The notes beneath the pieces are model-generated. The model was not told where the DNA came from and made no database searches. It saw only the letters and a program-made list of their open reading frames with translations. Below, in pieces: positions 37,106 through 46,976 of a stretch of DNA of 64,000 nt. The number at the start of each line of letters is the position of its first letter. The first letter of the stretch is position 1. The position numbers and the translations under genes are program-made. The stretch is from the NCBI GenBank assembly GCA_963711895.1, contig CAVQFU010000007.1, positions 93,406 to 157,405 on the forward strand, written 5' to 3'. Origin of the DNA: an uncultured Acidobacteriota bacterium (lineage in GTDB: Bacteria > Actinomycetota > Acidimicrobiia > Spongiisociales > ZC4RG35).

Positions 37106-38173
37106 ATGATCTCTTCCATGAACACCGAGACAATCACACTCGTCATTGCAATCACTTCTGCAGCCGCCGTAATCGGCCTCATGGTCCTGCTCCTGATCTC
37201 GGGCAGGCGACAGGCGCGGCTCGATGGTTCCGGTCCGGATCTGGGGACGCGTCTCGACGAGCTCCAGCTTTCGATCGCCAATCGGGAGGGGGCCCTTGGC
37301 GCCCAGGTGGCCCAGATCGACTCCAAGCTGGCACTTCTTCAGGAATCGGTCACCGGACGCGAGGCCTCTCTCGACGAGCAGGTGCGGGGGATCGGCACCC
37401 AGATGCAGGGCATCACCGCCCTGTTCACCAACGATCGAGCCCGCGGTGGATGGGCCGAGATCGGGATGAAGAGGATCTTGGAGCACGGCGGGTTGGTCGA
37501 GGGGCGTGACTACGTCTGTCAGGTGAGCCACGGGGACCTCCGGCCCGATGCGGTGGTCTATCTCCCGGGTGGTCGAAACATCGTCATCGATGCCAAGTTC
37601 CCCACCGCCCGGTTCGCAGATGCGCTGGCCGAAGAAGATCCCGAGCGCAGGGCCCGTCTGCTGGCAGAGCAGGGGAAGGACCTGGAGCGCATTGGGAAGG
37701 GTCTGGCCGCGAAGGGGTATGGCGACCTTGCTTCGGGCGGTTACGTCGTGATGTACCTGCCATCCCAGGCGGTGTACGAGGCTGCAGCGTCGGCCCATCC
37801 CGACCTCATTGACCGGCTGATGGCGAACCGGGTGATAGTCGCCGGCCCCAGTGCCCTGTATGCCTTGTTGCTGAGCGTCGGGTCATTGCTCACCGAGTTC
37901 CGGGCGCTGCAGCAAGCCGACCAGATCCTCGATGACGCTCGCGAGTTGCGCCGTCGCATGAGTGGGTTCGTCGACCATCTTCAGCGGGTCGGGACCGGGT
38001 TGACGGGGGTGGTTCGGGCGTTCAACGGGGCGGTCGGCTCGTGGGAGAGCCGTCTGTCACCGCAGCTCGATCGGATGAGCGAGCAGAGCGGAGGGGGTGA
38101 CATCGTCGGCCCAGCCCCGATCGAAGAGGCTGTCCGGGAGATGCAGGAAGCGAGTCTCAGAGTCGCCGGTTAG
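37106..38173 (+). CDS. rmuC: DNA recombination protein RmuC
   Basis: N-terminal TM helix, long coiled-coil, C-terminal RmuC domain (GGYVVMYLPSQAVYEAAAS). Confidence 0.8.
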   Translation: MISSMNTETITLVIAITSAAAVIGLMVLLLISGRRQARLDGSGPDLGTRLDELQLSIANREGALGAQVAQIDSKLALLQESVTGREASLDEQVRGIGTQMQGITALFTNDRARGGWAEIGMKRILEHGGLVEGRDYVCQVSHGDLRPDAVVYLPGGRNIVIDAKFPTARFADALAEEDPERRARLLAEQGKDLERIGKGLAAKGYGDLASGGYVVMYLPSQAVYEAAASAHPDLIDRLMANRVIVAGPSALYALLLSVGSLLTEFRALQQADQILDDARELRRRMSGFVDHLQRVGTGLTGVVRAFNGAVGSWESRLSPQLDRMSEQSGGGDIVGPAPIEEAVREMQEASLRVAG

Positions 38174-38295
38174 CTGATTCCGGACGAGGGTCCTTGGAGA
38201 CCGTCGAAGAATCGGGAACCATATCCTTTGCCGGCGAGTCTGAAGTTTGTCGACGGCGGGGCGTGGGAAACGATTCTGCGATACGGGAGTGCAAG

Positions 38296-38481
38296 GTGAG
38301 CAGCGACATTCATCAGATCTCGACCGAGAGAGAACGGCAGTCCGAACTCGAGTTCGCCAGGCAGGCGGTCGACTATCTCGGGAAAAAGGGTCTCGGCCCC
38401 GAGGAAGTCATCGAATACCTGGTCGAGGAATTCAACCTGGATCGCGACACCGCCCGGGCCTTGGCGGCCAGAGCCGCCTGA
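38296..38481 (+). CDS. Hypothetical small protein
   Basis: GTG start with GGGAG 8 nt upstream; 61 aa. Confidence 0.3.
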   Translation: MSSDIHQISTERERQSELEFARQAVDYLGKKGLGPEEVIEYLVEEFNLDRDTARALAARAA

Positions 38482-38499
38482 CTCGAAATAGCGGGGAGC

Positions 38500-38868
38500 T
38501 CAGCCTCGGGAGACCCGGGCGGCGAGTCGAGCCGGCGCCACGGTGATATAGGCGTCCACGACGATCTCCTCCAAGGCATCCCAGTCGACCTCGACGTCCA
38601 GGTAACACCCCACCCATCCCCGCCCCCCGACGTAGGGCGGGACGAAGTAACGATCACGGTCGGTAGAGGTGAGGACGTGTTGCGCCCCCTCGGGGGCAGC
38701 GCCCCAGAAGGCGACTCGGTCGTCATGGTGGTGGTCGGCGAAGGTCACAAACTGTCGCTTACCTCTGATGAACCAGGCGGGTTCGCCATGGCTGATCCGT
38801 TCCACGACCTCGGGCAGGGACATGCAGAGACTCCGAAGCCGGGACAAACTATCTGCGGTCGTCTCCAT
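38500..38868 (-). CDS. MmcQ/YjbR family DNA-binding protein
   Basis: LRSLCMSLPEV...HGEPAWFIRGKRQFV...VPPYVGGRGWVG matches the YjbR-like family. Confidence 0.6.
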   Translation of the reverse strand: METTADSLSRLRSLCMSLPEVVERISHGEPAWFIRGKRQFVTFADHHHDDRVAFWGAAPEGAQHVLTSTDRDRYFVPPYVGGRGWVGCYLDVEVDWDALEEIVVDAYITVAPARLAARVSRG

Positions 38869-39047
38869 ACGCGTTCCCAATGCGACTTCCGATCACATGG
38901 TATTTGTCGGGGTCGATCGGACGCTTCTCGTGGGTTCGCTACCTTCTGACTTCGCTCGCCCGGAAGGAGGAGGCATGAGCGAGCATCCCAACGCTGCCTT
39001 CGACACCCAGGCCATAATCGATTTCTTCGCCAGTTTCGACTGACGTC

Positions 39048-39647
39048 ATGGGGCGGCGGCCGACAATCGGGGTGATCACTCTGACCCTGGTCACTGCCTG
39101 CACCGGGTCTGGCGCAGCCGTGACCGAGACCACGGGGTCGGCAGTTACGACCGCACCTCGAACTGCGACGACGACAACGGCCAACGCGACCACGACCGTG
39201 ACGACGGCTGTGACGACAACCGCGGTGTCTCCAACCACCACAGCACCCGACGGGCCATCGGGCTCCGGTTGCACCCCGGGTGACGCGGTCTCTCTTCCCG
39301 AAGGGGAGTGGTACGGAGTTGTCGTGAGCGCATCGCCGAGCAGCATCGAATTCGATCTGGCCTGTTGGTTCACAGGTGATGCTGCGATCGCGGCTGCCGC
39401 AGAGGATGGCGCCGAGCCCCCGCCGAATGTCTCCTACGTACGAAACGACAACTCCCAGGTCCGCTCGCTACCCGTCTCTGCCGAGACCGAGGTCATCTGG
39501 TATCCCACCGGTGACCCGGCATCGGAGGCAACCGCAACATTCGCGGAATGGGTCGAGGGAACGACCTCGAGAGGTCTCCTCTTCGGCGTGTGGCTCGACG
39601 TGATCGACGGAGAAGTGTTCCGCATCCGGGAGCAATGGGTCCCCTGA
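39048..39647 (+). CDS. Hypothetical secreted lipoprotein with Thr/Ala-rich linker
   Basis: Signal peptide plus lipobox (LVTACTG), low-complexity TT(A)T linker, C-terminal globular about 120 aa. Confidence 0.5.
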   Translation: MGRRPTIGVITLTLVTACTGSGAAVTETTGSAVTTAPRTATTTTANATTTVTTAVTTTAVSPTTTAPDGPSGSGCTPGDAVSLPEGEWYGVVVSASPSSIEFDLACWFTGDAAIAAAAEDGAEPPPNVSYVRNDNSQVRSLPVSAETEVIWYPTGDPASEATATFAEWVEGTTSRGLLFGVWLDVIDGEVFRIREQWVP

Positions 39648-39651
39648 GCCC

Positions 39652-40710
39652 TTACCGCTTTTTGCCGAGATGCCCCCAGCGCTCGAGATCGCTCATGGTG
39701 TCGAGGATGGTCTGATCGACATCCCGGAACTCGATCTCCAGCTCTCTTCGGGCCTTGGAGTTGTCGAACCGCATCTCCCCGCCGAGATGGTTTCTCATGT
39801 AGTCCCGGGTTCCCGGTGCCTGGAACCTGGCCGCAAACCGTGTCAACGCAACACCAACCGCATTGTCGAGCCTGATCGAGGGCAGCTTGTAGCGGTCCCC
39901 ATAACCATTGGCTCGGAGCAAGTCGATCACCTGACGCACGGTCCGTGTCTCGGCGGCAATGATGTAGCGACCTGCAGCGGCCGGGTTCTCCATGGCCAGG
40001 ATGTGTGCCCGGGCCACGTCGCGAACATCCACCAATGGCCATTCGAGACCTATTACGGCGGGGATCTGGCCGTTGGTCAAGCCGATCAACGACGTGTGGG
40101 TGGGGTTGATGCCAGGGGCCAGGGAAGGGCCGATGACGAAGAAAGGGTTGATGACGACCAGGTCGAATCCGCGTTCGCCGTCCTCAATGAACTGCCAGGC
40201 CGCCTGCTCGGCCAATGTCTTCGAGTAGTAGTAGGGATTTCGAGTCAATGACGAGCGGGTGTTCCAGTCGCTCTCCGTGTTGAGGTGCCCGTCTGCCTGG
40301 TCGGTTATCGCTGCCACCGATGAGGTCAGGACCACCCGTCTGATCGAAGGCGTCTCCCGACAAGACTCGAGAACGGAGATCGTCCCTCTCACCGCTGGGT
40401 CGACCAGATCCCGCTGTGGATCATCGACATCGATCGCGTATGGCGAGGCGGTGTGAATCACGAACTCGCAATCTCGAACGGCGATATCGAAGGCACCCGG
40501 GGCGAGAAGGTCGGCGGCTGTCAACTCGAGCCGCTCGTCTGCTCCCGCCAGGCCGGTCAGGTGCCCTTTTGTACAAGTCTTCGCCGGGTCGCGCACGGTG
40601 CCCCGCACCCGGTATCCGCCCTCGAGCAGTTGCTGGACGATCTGGGAGGCGATGAACCCCGAAGCCCCGGTGACGAGGACCGGCGAATCTGTGACCGGGC
40701 CGGCGGTCAT
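39652..40710 (-). CDS. NAD(P)-dependent epimerase/dehydratase (extended SDR) family protein
   Basis: VLVTGASGFIASQIVQQLLEGGYRVRGTVR Rossmann motif; YxxxK present. Confidence 0.75.
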   Translation of the reverse strand: MTAGPVTDSPVLVTGASGFIASQIVQQLLEGGYRVRGTVRDPAKTCTKGHLTGLAGADERLELTAADLLAPGAFDIAVRDCEFVIHTASPYAIDVDDPQRDLVDPAVRGTISVLESCRETPSIRRVVLTSSVAAITDQADGHLNTESDWNTRSSLTRNPYYYSKTLAEQAAWQFIEDGERGFDLVVINPFFVIGPSLAPGINPTHTSLIGLTNGQIPAVIGLEWPLVDVRDVARAHILAMENPAAAGRYIIAAETRTVRQVIDLLRANGYGDRYKLPSIRLDNAVGVALTRFAARFQAPGTRDYMRNHLGGEMRFDNSKARRELEIEFRDVDQTILDTMSDLERWGHLGKKR

Positions 40711-40717
40711 CCGGTTG

Positions 40718-41344
40718 TCAGTCGCCGTGGGCGCGGTCGTCCGCCCCCCGGCCCACTACGAACCAGATGGCGTGGACCGGCTCGTCGCCCATGTTGAAAA
40801 GACGATGGGGCTCGGTGGAGTCGAACGCGATGGAGTCACCTGGTTCCAACTCGAACAATTCGAATCCGAGTTGGATCCCCATCTTCCCCGAGACGACGTA
40901 GCCGTATTCCCGACCGTGATGCCTCATCAGTGACTCGTCGGGTGTCGAGGCTCCACCCACCTCGTAGATGGCATGGAGGAAGTCGACACCTTCCTCGGTG
41001 TCCGCCGTGAGCTGCTCCCAACGGACGCCGGAGGCGAGGTCAATCACCTTGCGCTCCTCGGGGTGGACGAGAGGGCTTACGCGGCCGTTCGGGCCAACCG
41101 AGCCAGGTTCACCGTCGCTGCGACCGGCGTGCTCATCGCCACGTAGGAGCTTGTCGAGTGATAGATCTAGCTCGGTCACTATGGCATACAGGGTCCCCAC
41201 CGAGGGCTTGGATAGACCGCTCTCCAACTGGGAGATGAGGCTGGCCGACAGACCGAGACGGCGCGCCAGCTCCCGTTGGCTGATTCCGGCCTTGGTCCTC
41301 TCGGCGCGGAGCCGGTCGCCTATCCCGTCCAGTTCCTCGATCAT
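40718..41344 (-). CDS. XRE-family transcriptional regulator with C-terminal cupin domain
   Basis: HTH_3 (RTKAGISQRELARRLGLSASLISQLESG) plus cupin_2 C-terminal domain. Confidence 0.75.
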   Translation of the reverse strand: MIEELDGIGDRLRAERTKAGISQRELARRLGLSASLISQLESGLSKPSVGTLYAIVTELDLSLDKLLRGDEHAGRSDGEPGSVGPNGRVSPLVHPEERKVIDLASGVRWEQLTADTEEGVDFLHAIYEVGGASTPDESLMRHHGREYGYVVSGKMGIQLGFELFELEPGDSIAFDSTEPHRLFNMGDEPVHAIWFVVGRGADDRAHGD

Positions 41345-41365
41345 TTACGGAGCACCCTCATCTGG

Positions 41366-42058
41366 CTACATCATCAACCAGCCGCTGTCGACATAGAGGT
41401 TGATCCCGTTCACCGATCGGTTCTCCAGGAGGAAGACGGTGGCCTCGACTACATCCTGCATCGTGGCGAGTCGCTTGGTCGGGGTTCGTTCCAGCACAGT
41501 CTCCAGCGGCTTGCCCTCCCAGAATGGGCTGTCGCCAACTATGCCGGGATGGATGGCATTGAACCTGATGGGCGCAAGTTCCAGCGCAAACGTCGTGATC
41601 ATCGTGGCGACTGCGCCATTGACCGCGGTCACGGTCGTCGAGCCGGGATAAGGCCGGTCTTTCGCCCTTCCCCCGAAGAGCACCACCGAGCTGTCGTCCG
41701 AAAGCCTTCCGAGAAGTGTGTGAACGACCTCGGTGTAGCCCACGACCTTCATGATGGCCAGCGTCTGCGCGCTTCCGATGTCGTACTCACGCACCGGGTT
41801 GTTATCACGGGCTATGGCACTCAGCACCAGCTTGTCGACTTCACCAACGTCCCGGAGCGCAGCGGAAATGGTCTCCGGGGCGGCAAGGTCGAACCCGATC
41901 GCGCTGGTCTTGCCCCCGATGTCGGAGGCGACTTCCTGGGCCCTGGCTTCGTCTCGGCCGGTGATGATGACCTCACGTCCCCGATCGACGTAATGGGCGG
42001 CGAGCTCGCGGCCGATACCACCGGTGCCGCCAACGATCAACACTGTCCCATCGGCCAT
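41366..42058 (-). CDS. SDR family oxidoreductase (classical short-chain dehydrogenase)
   Basis: TGGTGGIG Rossmann motif, YxxxK region. Confidence 0.8.
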   Translation of the reverse strand: MADGTVLIVGGTGGIGRELAAHYVDRGREVIITGRDEARAQEVASDIGGKTSAIGFDLAAPETISAALRDVGEVDKLVLSAIARDNNPVREYDIGSAQTLAIMKVVGYTEVVHTLLGRLSDDSSVVLFGGRAKDRPYPGSTTVTAVNGAVATMITTFALELAPIRFNAIHPGIVGDSPFWEGKPLETVLERTPTKRLATMQDVVEATVFLLENRSVNGINLYVDSGWLMM

Positions 42059-42194
42059 CGATCTGCTCCCTTGGTGGCGAAGTGCGGAGATCCTAACCCT
42101 CAGCCAGCTGCCACTGTGCAGTGAGACTGAGCACTATTGAGCCTCGTGGTTAGTCTGCGCCACCAGCACGCGGTGGTGTGAGGAGGATGCCCGC

Positions 42195-43418
42195 TTGGTC
42201 TATGACGTCTGCATCATCGGCGCTGGCCTAGTCGGCCTCGGCGTCGCCCGTGCCCTGGGCGAGAGCCATCCTGGCATTGGCATGGTCATTTTGGACAAGG
42301 AAGAGACGGTGGCGGCCCACCAGAGCAGCCATAACAGCGGAGTGGCCCACTCCGGTCTCTACTACCGGCCCGGCTCGCTCAAGGCGCGGCTCTGCGTGGA
42401 AGGCAGACGTCGGCTAAAGGACTACTGCGAGATGACGGGCATCGCATTCGAGGAGTGCGGCAAGCTGGTGATCGCCACCAAGCCGTCTGAGCTCGAGCCT
42501 CTGGCCGAACTGGAGCGGCGGGGGAGGGCGAATGGCCTTTCTGGAATCACTCGGCACGACGTCGACGGGATTCGAGAGCTGGAGCCTGAAGCGGTCGGAC
42601 TCGAGGCTCTGCATGTGCCGGAGGCGGGGGTGGTCGACTTCCCGGCGGTGGCCGCGCGTCTAGCCCGCGATCTGGTCGAAGGAGACGCTGACATCCGCAC
42701 CGATTTCGAGGTGGAAGGTATCCACCATCATGGGGACGGTGCCCGCATTCGCTCGGCGGATCATGAGATTCAGGCCAGAGTCGTGGTGAACTGTGCCGGT
42801 CTTCACTCCGACCGGGTCGCTGCCCTGGCCGGGGTGAGAAGCGAGGTGAGAATCGTCCCCTTCCGTGGCGAGTACTACACCCTCCAGCCCGAGGCGGAGC
42901 ATCTCGTCCGAGCGTTGATCTACCCGGTGCCCGACCCCCGTTTCCCCTTCCTAGGGGTGCACTTCACCCGCAGGATCGATGGCAGGGTCGAGGTCGGTCC
43001 GAACGCAGTCCTGGCCCTCGGTCGCGAGCACTATCGCGATGCCGATCCTGATTGGGCCGAGGTCCGGGAGACCATCGGTGACCCGGGCTTTCGCCGACTG
43101 GCGATGAGACACTGGCGCACCGGCGCCGTTGAGATGATCAGGTCTCGCTCGAGGTCGCTCTATGCCCGGTCGGCGCAAGCCCTGGTTCCGGCGATTCGCC
43201 CCGAGCATCTCGCACCCGGTGGGGCGGGAATCAGGGCGCAGGCCGTCTCTCCCGATGGTGCGTTGGTGGACGATTTCGTCATCGAAGAGGCAGGGTCGAC
43301 GGTTCATGTGCTCAATGCACCGTCTCCGGGAGCCACTGCCAGCCTGGCCATCGGGTCCCATGTCGCGGCCATCGTCGCTACCCATCTGGGCAAGGGGGGT
43401 CGGACGCAAAGTGTGTAG
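42195..43418 (+). CDS. lhgO: L-2-hydroxyglutarate oxidase LhgO (FAD-dependent)
   Basis: Full-length similarity to E. coli LhgO as I recall its motifs: YDVCIIGAGLVG, HQSSHNSGVAHSGLYY, FRGEYYTLQPE, IYPVPDPRFPFLGVHFTRRIDG, GIRAQAVSPDG. Confidence 0.8.
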   Translation: MVYDVCIIGAGLVGLGVARALGESHPGIGMVILDKEETVAAHQSSHNSGVAHSGLYYRPGSLKARLCVEGRRRLKDYCEMTGIAFEECGKLVIATKPSELEPLAELERRGRANGLSGITRHDVDGIRELEPEAVGLEALHVPEAGVVDFPAVAARLARDLVEGDADIRTDFEVEGIHHHGDGARIRSADHEIQARVVVNCAGLHSDRVAALAGVRSEVRIVPFRGEYYTLQPEAEHLVRALIYPVPDPRFPFLGVHFTRRIDGRVEVGPNAVLALGREHYRDADPDWAEVRETIGDPGFRRLAMRHWRTGAVEMIRSRSRSLYARSAQALVPAIRPEHLAPGGAGIRAQAVSPDGALVDDFVIEEAGSTVHVLNAPSPGATASLAIGSHVAAIVATHLGKGGRTQSV

Positions 43419-43484
43419 TGTCACTAAGCACGGTGCGTGTTCGACGGCCTCGAGGGTGCGAGTAGGAACGACAAGGAGACATCG

Positions 43485-44741
43485 ATGAACGTTGAGTTCC
43501 CCGTGGCCACCAGCCCCGCCCCAGGCGTGATCGGGGTCGATTGGGAAACGAGAGTCGATTTCGAGCGTCTGCGTCAGCACCGCATCGCCCGCACCAGGCA
43601 GTTGATGGCGCAAGAGGATCTGGCGGCCCTTCTCCTCTTCGAGACGTCGAACATCCGGTACGCCACTTCGACGCAGATCGGCTACTGGGCCTTCAATAAA
43701 GGAGAGCGGTACGCCCTCGTGACCCAGGAGGGACGGCCTCGTATCTGGGACTTTGGCTCGGCTGCGAAAGCTCACCGTCTTCAGCTGCCCCACATGTACG
43801 ACACCACCAACTCGGTAGGCGGCAACACTGGTTTGCAAGGGGCCATCGGCCCCGAGGCCGGTCTCCACACGCGTGCTGCGGCCGAGCTGCGGCAGGTCCT
43901 CGAATCAGAGGGACTCGCCGGGGAGCGGATCGGACTGGACATGGCGGAGACCGGGGTGTTCCTGGCATTGCAGGCCGAAGGTCTCAACGTGGTGGACGGC
44001 CAGCAGGCGATGATGAAGGCCCGAGAGATCAAGAGCCCCGATGAGATCATCCTGCTCACTCAGGCCTGCGCCATGGTCGACGGTGTCTATCAGGACATCT
44101 TTGAGGCCCTTAAGCCGGGAATCCGCGAGTCCGATGTGGTGGGCCTCGCCCACGCCCGTCTCTTCCAGATGGGCTCGGAGTTCGTCGAGGCGATCAACTC
44201 GATCGCCGGCGAGCGATGCAGCCCGCACCCGCACGTCTTCTCCGACCGGCTGATCCGGCCTGGCGACCAGGCTTATTTCGACATCATCCATGTCTTCAAC
44301 GGCTATCGCACCTGCTACTACCGCACATTTGTGGTGGGCCGGGCCACGCAGGCCCAACGGGACGCCTTCAAGCAGTCGCGGGAGTGGATGGACGCCGCGA
44401 TCGACCTGGTCAAGCCTGGTGCCAGCACCGACGAGATCGCCAAGGTGTGGCCTAAAGCCGAGGAATTCGGGTTCGAAAACGAGATGGACGCCTTTGGCCT
44501 CCAATTCGGCCATGGGGTGGGGGTCGGTCTCCACGAGCGCCCGATCATCAGCCGTCTCAACTCCATCGATGCCCCGATCGAGATCCAGGAGGGCATGGTC
44601 TTCGCCCTCGAGACCTACGCACCCGCTGCCGACGGGCGCTCCGCGGCCCGCATCGAAGAGGAGGTCGTCGTGACCGCTGATGGCTGCAAGATCATCACCC
44701 TCTTCCCTTGCGAGGAGTTGATGGTCGCCAACGCCTACTGA
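43485..44741 (+). CDS. M24 family metallopeptidase (Xaa-Pro peptidase/creatinase-like)
   Basis: Creatinase_N-like N-terminus, C-terminal pita-bread fold with metal ligands (HGVGVGLHE). AAGGAGA RBS before ATG. Confidence 0.75.
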   Translation: MNVEFPVATSPAPGVIGVDWETRVDFERLRQHRIARTRQLMAQEDLAALLLFETSNIRYATSTQIGYWAFNKGERYALVTQEGRPRIWDFGSAAKAHRLQLPHMYDTTNSVGGNTGLQGAIGPEAGLHTRAAAELRQVLESEGLAGERIGLDMAETGVFLALQAEGLNVVDGQQAMMKAREIKSPDEIILLTQACAMVDGVYQDIFEALKPGIRESDVVGLAHARLFQMGSEFVEAINSIAGERCSPHPHVFSDRLIRPGDQAYFDIIHVFNGYRTCYYRTFVVGRATQAQRDAFKQSREWMDAAIDLVKPGASTDEIAKVWPKAEEFGFENEMDAFGLQFGHGVGVGLHERPIISRLNSIDAPIEIQEGMVFALETYAPAADGRSAARIEEEVVVTADGCKIITLFPCEELMVANAY

Positions 44742-44771
44742 ACCCGTTTCGAGGCTGCTTAGGCTGTCTCG

Positions 44772-45482
44772 ATGAAACTGGCGCCGTCTTTGCATCGCAT
44801 CGGATCCGACCTGGTCGCCGTGTATCTGGTCGAAGACGCCAACGGCGTGACCATTGTCGACGCCGGGCTCCCGGGTCAGTGGGACGAGCTCGAGCCCGAG
44901 CTGGCCGCCATGGGACGCTCCCTCGACGACATTCGAGGCGTGATCCTGACCCATGGCGACACCGACCACATCGGTTTCGCCGAGCGGCTGCGTCGTGAGC
45001 GAGGAGTACCTGTCTTCGTCCACGAGCTGGACGCAACGCGGGCCCGGGGTGAAGTGAAGAAGGAGATCTCATGGGGCAAGATCAAGATCGGCCCCTTGAT
45101 GCGGTTCCTCTCATACAGCGCCCGTCACGGCGGACTGAAGATCACCCCCATCTCAGAGGTGGCCACCTTCACCGATGGTCAGGTCCTCGATCTGCCCGGC
45201 GCTCCGGTCGTCATCCACATCCCCGGTCATACCCCGGGAAGTGTCGCCTTCCATTTCTCCTCGGTCGAGGCGCTCTGCGTCGGTGACGCGATGACCACAG
45301 GGCATGTCCTCACCGGCGTCCTCGGGCCTCAGCCGGCTCCGTTCACTCTCGACACCGAACAGGCCCTCGCCTCACTCGATCGACTCGAGGCGCTACCGGC
45401 GAAATGGGTGCTCCCCGGGCACGGTGCGCCGTGGGGCGATGGGGTGACAGAGGCGGTCCGTCTCATCCGCGAGGCCGCATAG
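44772..45482 (+). CDS. MBL-fold metallo-hydrolase
   Basis: ILTHGDTDHIGF motif and later HTPGS. Confidence 0.75.
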   Translation: MKLAPSLHRIGSDLVAVYLVEDANGVTIVDAGLPGQWDELEPELAAMGRSLDDIRGVILTHGDTDHIGFAERLRRERGVPVFVHELDATRARGEVKKEISWGKIKIGPLMRFLSYSARHGGLKITPISEVATFTDGQVLDLPGAPVVIHIPGHTPGSVAFHFSSVEALCVGDAMTTGHVLTGVLGPQPAPFTLDTEQALASLDRLEALPAKWVLPGHGAPWGDGVTEAVRLIREAA

Positions 45483-45492
45483 GCTGAGGGTC

Positions 45493-46596
45493 ATGAGGCG
45501 TTCGCTGAAGACGCTGATCATGTTGCCGATCGTGGCCTGCACTGTCGGAACCGGCGAGACCACGGTCACTTCCACCACGACACCACCACCGTCGTCGACA
45601 TCCATCACGGTCGAGGAGACCACAACGGTCCCGAGCACCGCACCGGAAACGACAACCACCACACCCTCCACAACCCAACCAGCTTCGACCGCCCCTGAGG
45701 ATCTTGTGCTGGAGTCGTTCCCGGTCCCCGCCGGATCCGGCCCCCATGACGTGGCACCGGCCCTCGACGGCGGGGTCTGGTACACCGCCCAGGACACCGG
45801 TGAGTTGGGCTGGCTCGATCCAGCTACCGGAGAGACGAGGCACACCGCTCTGGGCGAAGGCTCCGCGCCCCACGGTGTGATCATCGACGACGCAGGCACT
45901 GCATGGGTGACCGACGGGGGGCTCAACGCCATCGTCGCTGTCGACCCGGTGAGTCTCGAGGTGACGGTTTACCCCCTTCCCGACGACCGCCCCGACGCCA
46001 ATCTCAACACGGCCAGTTTCGGCGGCGACGGGATGCTGTGGTTCACCGGGCAGAACGGGATCTACGGCTGCGTCGATCCCGATAGTGGTGAGGTGATCGT
46101 GTTCGACGCCCCGGAAGGGCCGGGACCGTATGGAGTCACCACCACCCCTGACGGCGTCGTCTATTACGCATCACTTGCAGGGTCTCATATCGCCCGGATC
46201 GAGAGTGACCGGTCCGCCACAGTCATCGAGCCGCCCACACCGGACCAAGGGGCTCGACGCGTGTGGTCGGACTCCCTGGGGGCGATCTGGGTGAGTGAGT
46301 GGAACGCGGGCAACCTGAGTCGGTACACCCCCGAAACCGACATATGGGACACCTGGCATCTCCCGGGCGACAGTCCCGAGACGTACGCCGTGTTCGTCGA
46401 TGACACCGACATCATCTGGGCGAGCGACTTCGGGTCGAATTCCATGGTCCGATTCGACCCGACGACCGAGGAGTTCCACACGTACGTGCTGCCCCACGAC
46501 CCGGGGAACGTCCGCCAGATCCTGGGACGACCCGGTGAAGTGTGGTTCCCCGAGTCTGCCGCCGACAACCTGATTGTGATCAGAACCAGCACCTGA
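45493..46596 (+). CDS. Vgb-family (streptogramin lyase-like, COG4257) beta-propeller lipoprotein
   Basis: Lipobox IVACT, Thr/Pro linker, repeated GPHDVAPALDGGVWYT / GPYGVTTTPDGVVYYAS blades. Confidence 0.5.
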   Translation: MRRSLKTLIMLPIVACTVGTGETTVTSTTTPPPSSTSITVEETTTVPSTAPETTTTTPSTTQPASTAPEDLVLESFPVPAGSGPHDVAPALDGGVWYTAQDTGELGWLDPATGETRHTALGEGSAPHGVIIDDAGTAWVTDGGLNAIVAVDPVSLEVTVYPLPDDRPDANLNTASFGGDGMLWFTGQNGIYGCVDPDSGEVIVFDAPEGPGPYGVTTTPDGVVYYASLAGSHIARIESDRSATVIEPPTPDQGARRVWSDSLGAIWVSEWNAGNLSRYTPETDIWDTWHLPGDSPETYAVFVDDTDIIWASDFGSNSMVRFDPTTEEFHTYVLPHDPGNVRQILGRPGEVWFPESAADNLIVIRTST

Positions 46597-46672
46597 TCCG
46601 TCCCCGTGTATCAGAGTCGGTTCGACCGCCTCTCCCCGTCTGCAAGATCACAACGATTTGGGGAGGGAACGG

Positions 46673-46876
46673 ATGAGCTCTTATTTGAACGAGGCGCTGG
46701 CTTTCGAAAAGATGCAGCGCTATCAGGCCGAAGCCGCGGAGTACCGGCGGATGAAGGCCGCACGCTCGGATGAGCCCGGGGCCATGGAGCGGATGATCCA
46801 GGCCATCGGTCGGGGTCTCATGTCGATCGGCGAGTCGTTCAAGGTCGATCGCCGGCCGCGCATCCCCGCAGTCTGA
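46673..46876 (+). CDS. Hypothetical small protein
   Basis: GGGGAGGG 5 nt upstream of ATG; 67 aa, helical composition. Sits between the Vgb-like gene and the TPR-CHAT gene. Confidence 0.4.
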   Translation: MSSYLNEALAFEKMQRYQAEAAEYRRMKAARSDEPGAMERMIQAIGRGLMSIGESFKVDRRPRIPAV

Positions 46877-46976
46877 CGTCTGGGATGGCCGTCGGGCATT
46901 GACACCGACGGTCTGGGGGCCAGAAACGGACCGACCCTCGGGAGTTTCCCGGGGGTCGCTCCGTGTTCGGACAAGG

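Noticed and set aside
38975-39043. 22-codon ORF (MSEHPNAAFDTQAIIDFFASFD)
   Set aside because: Very short, no RBS evidence; likely chance ORF upstream of the lipoprotein gene.
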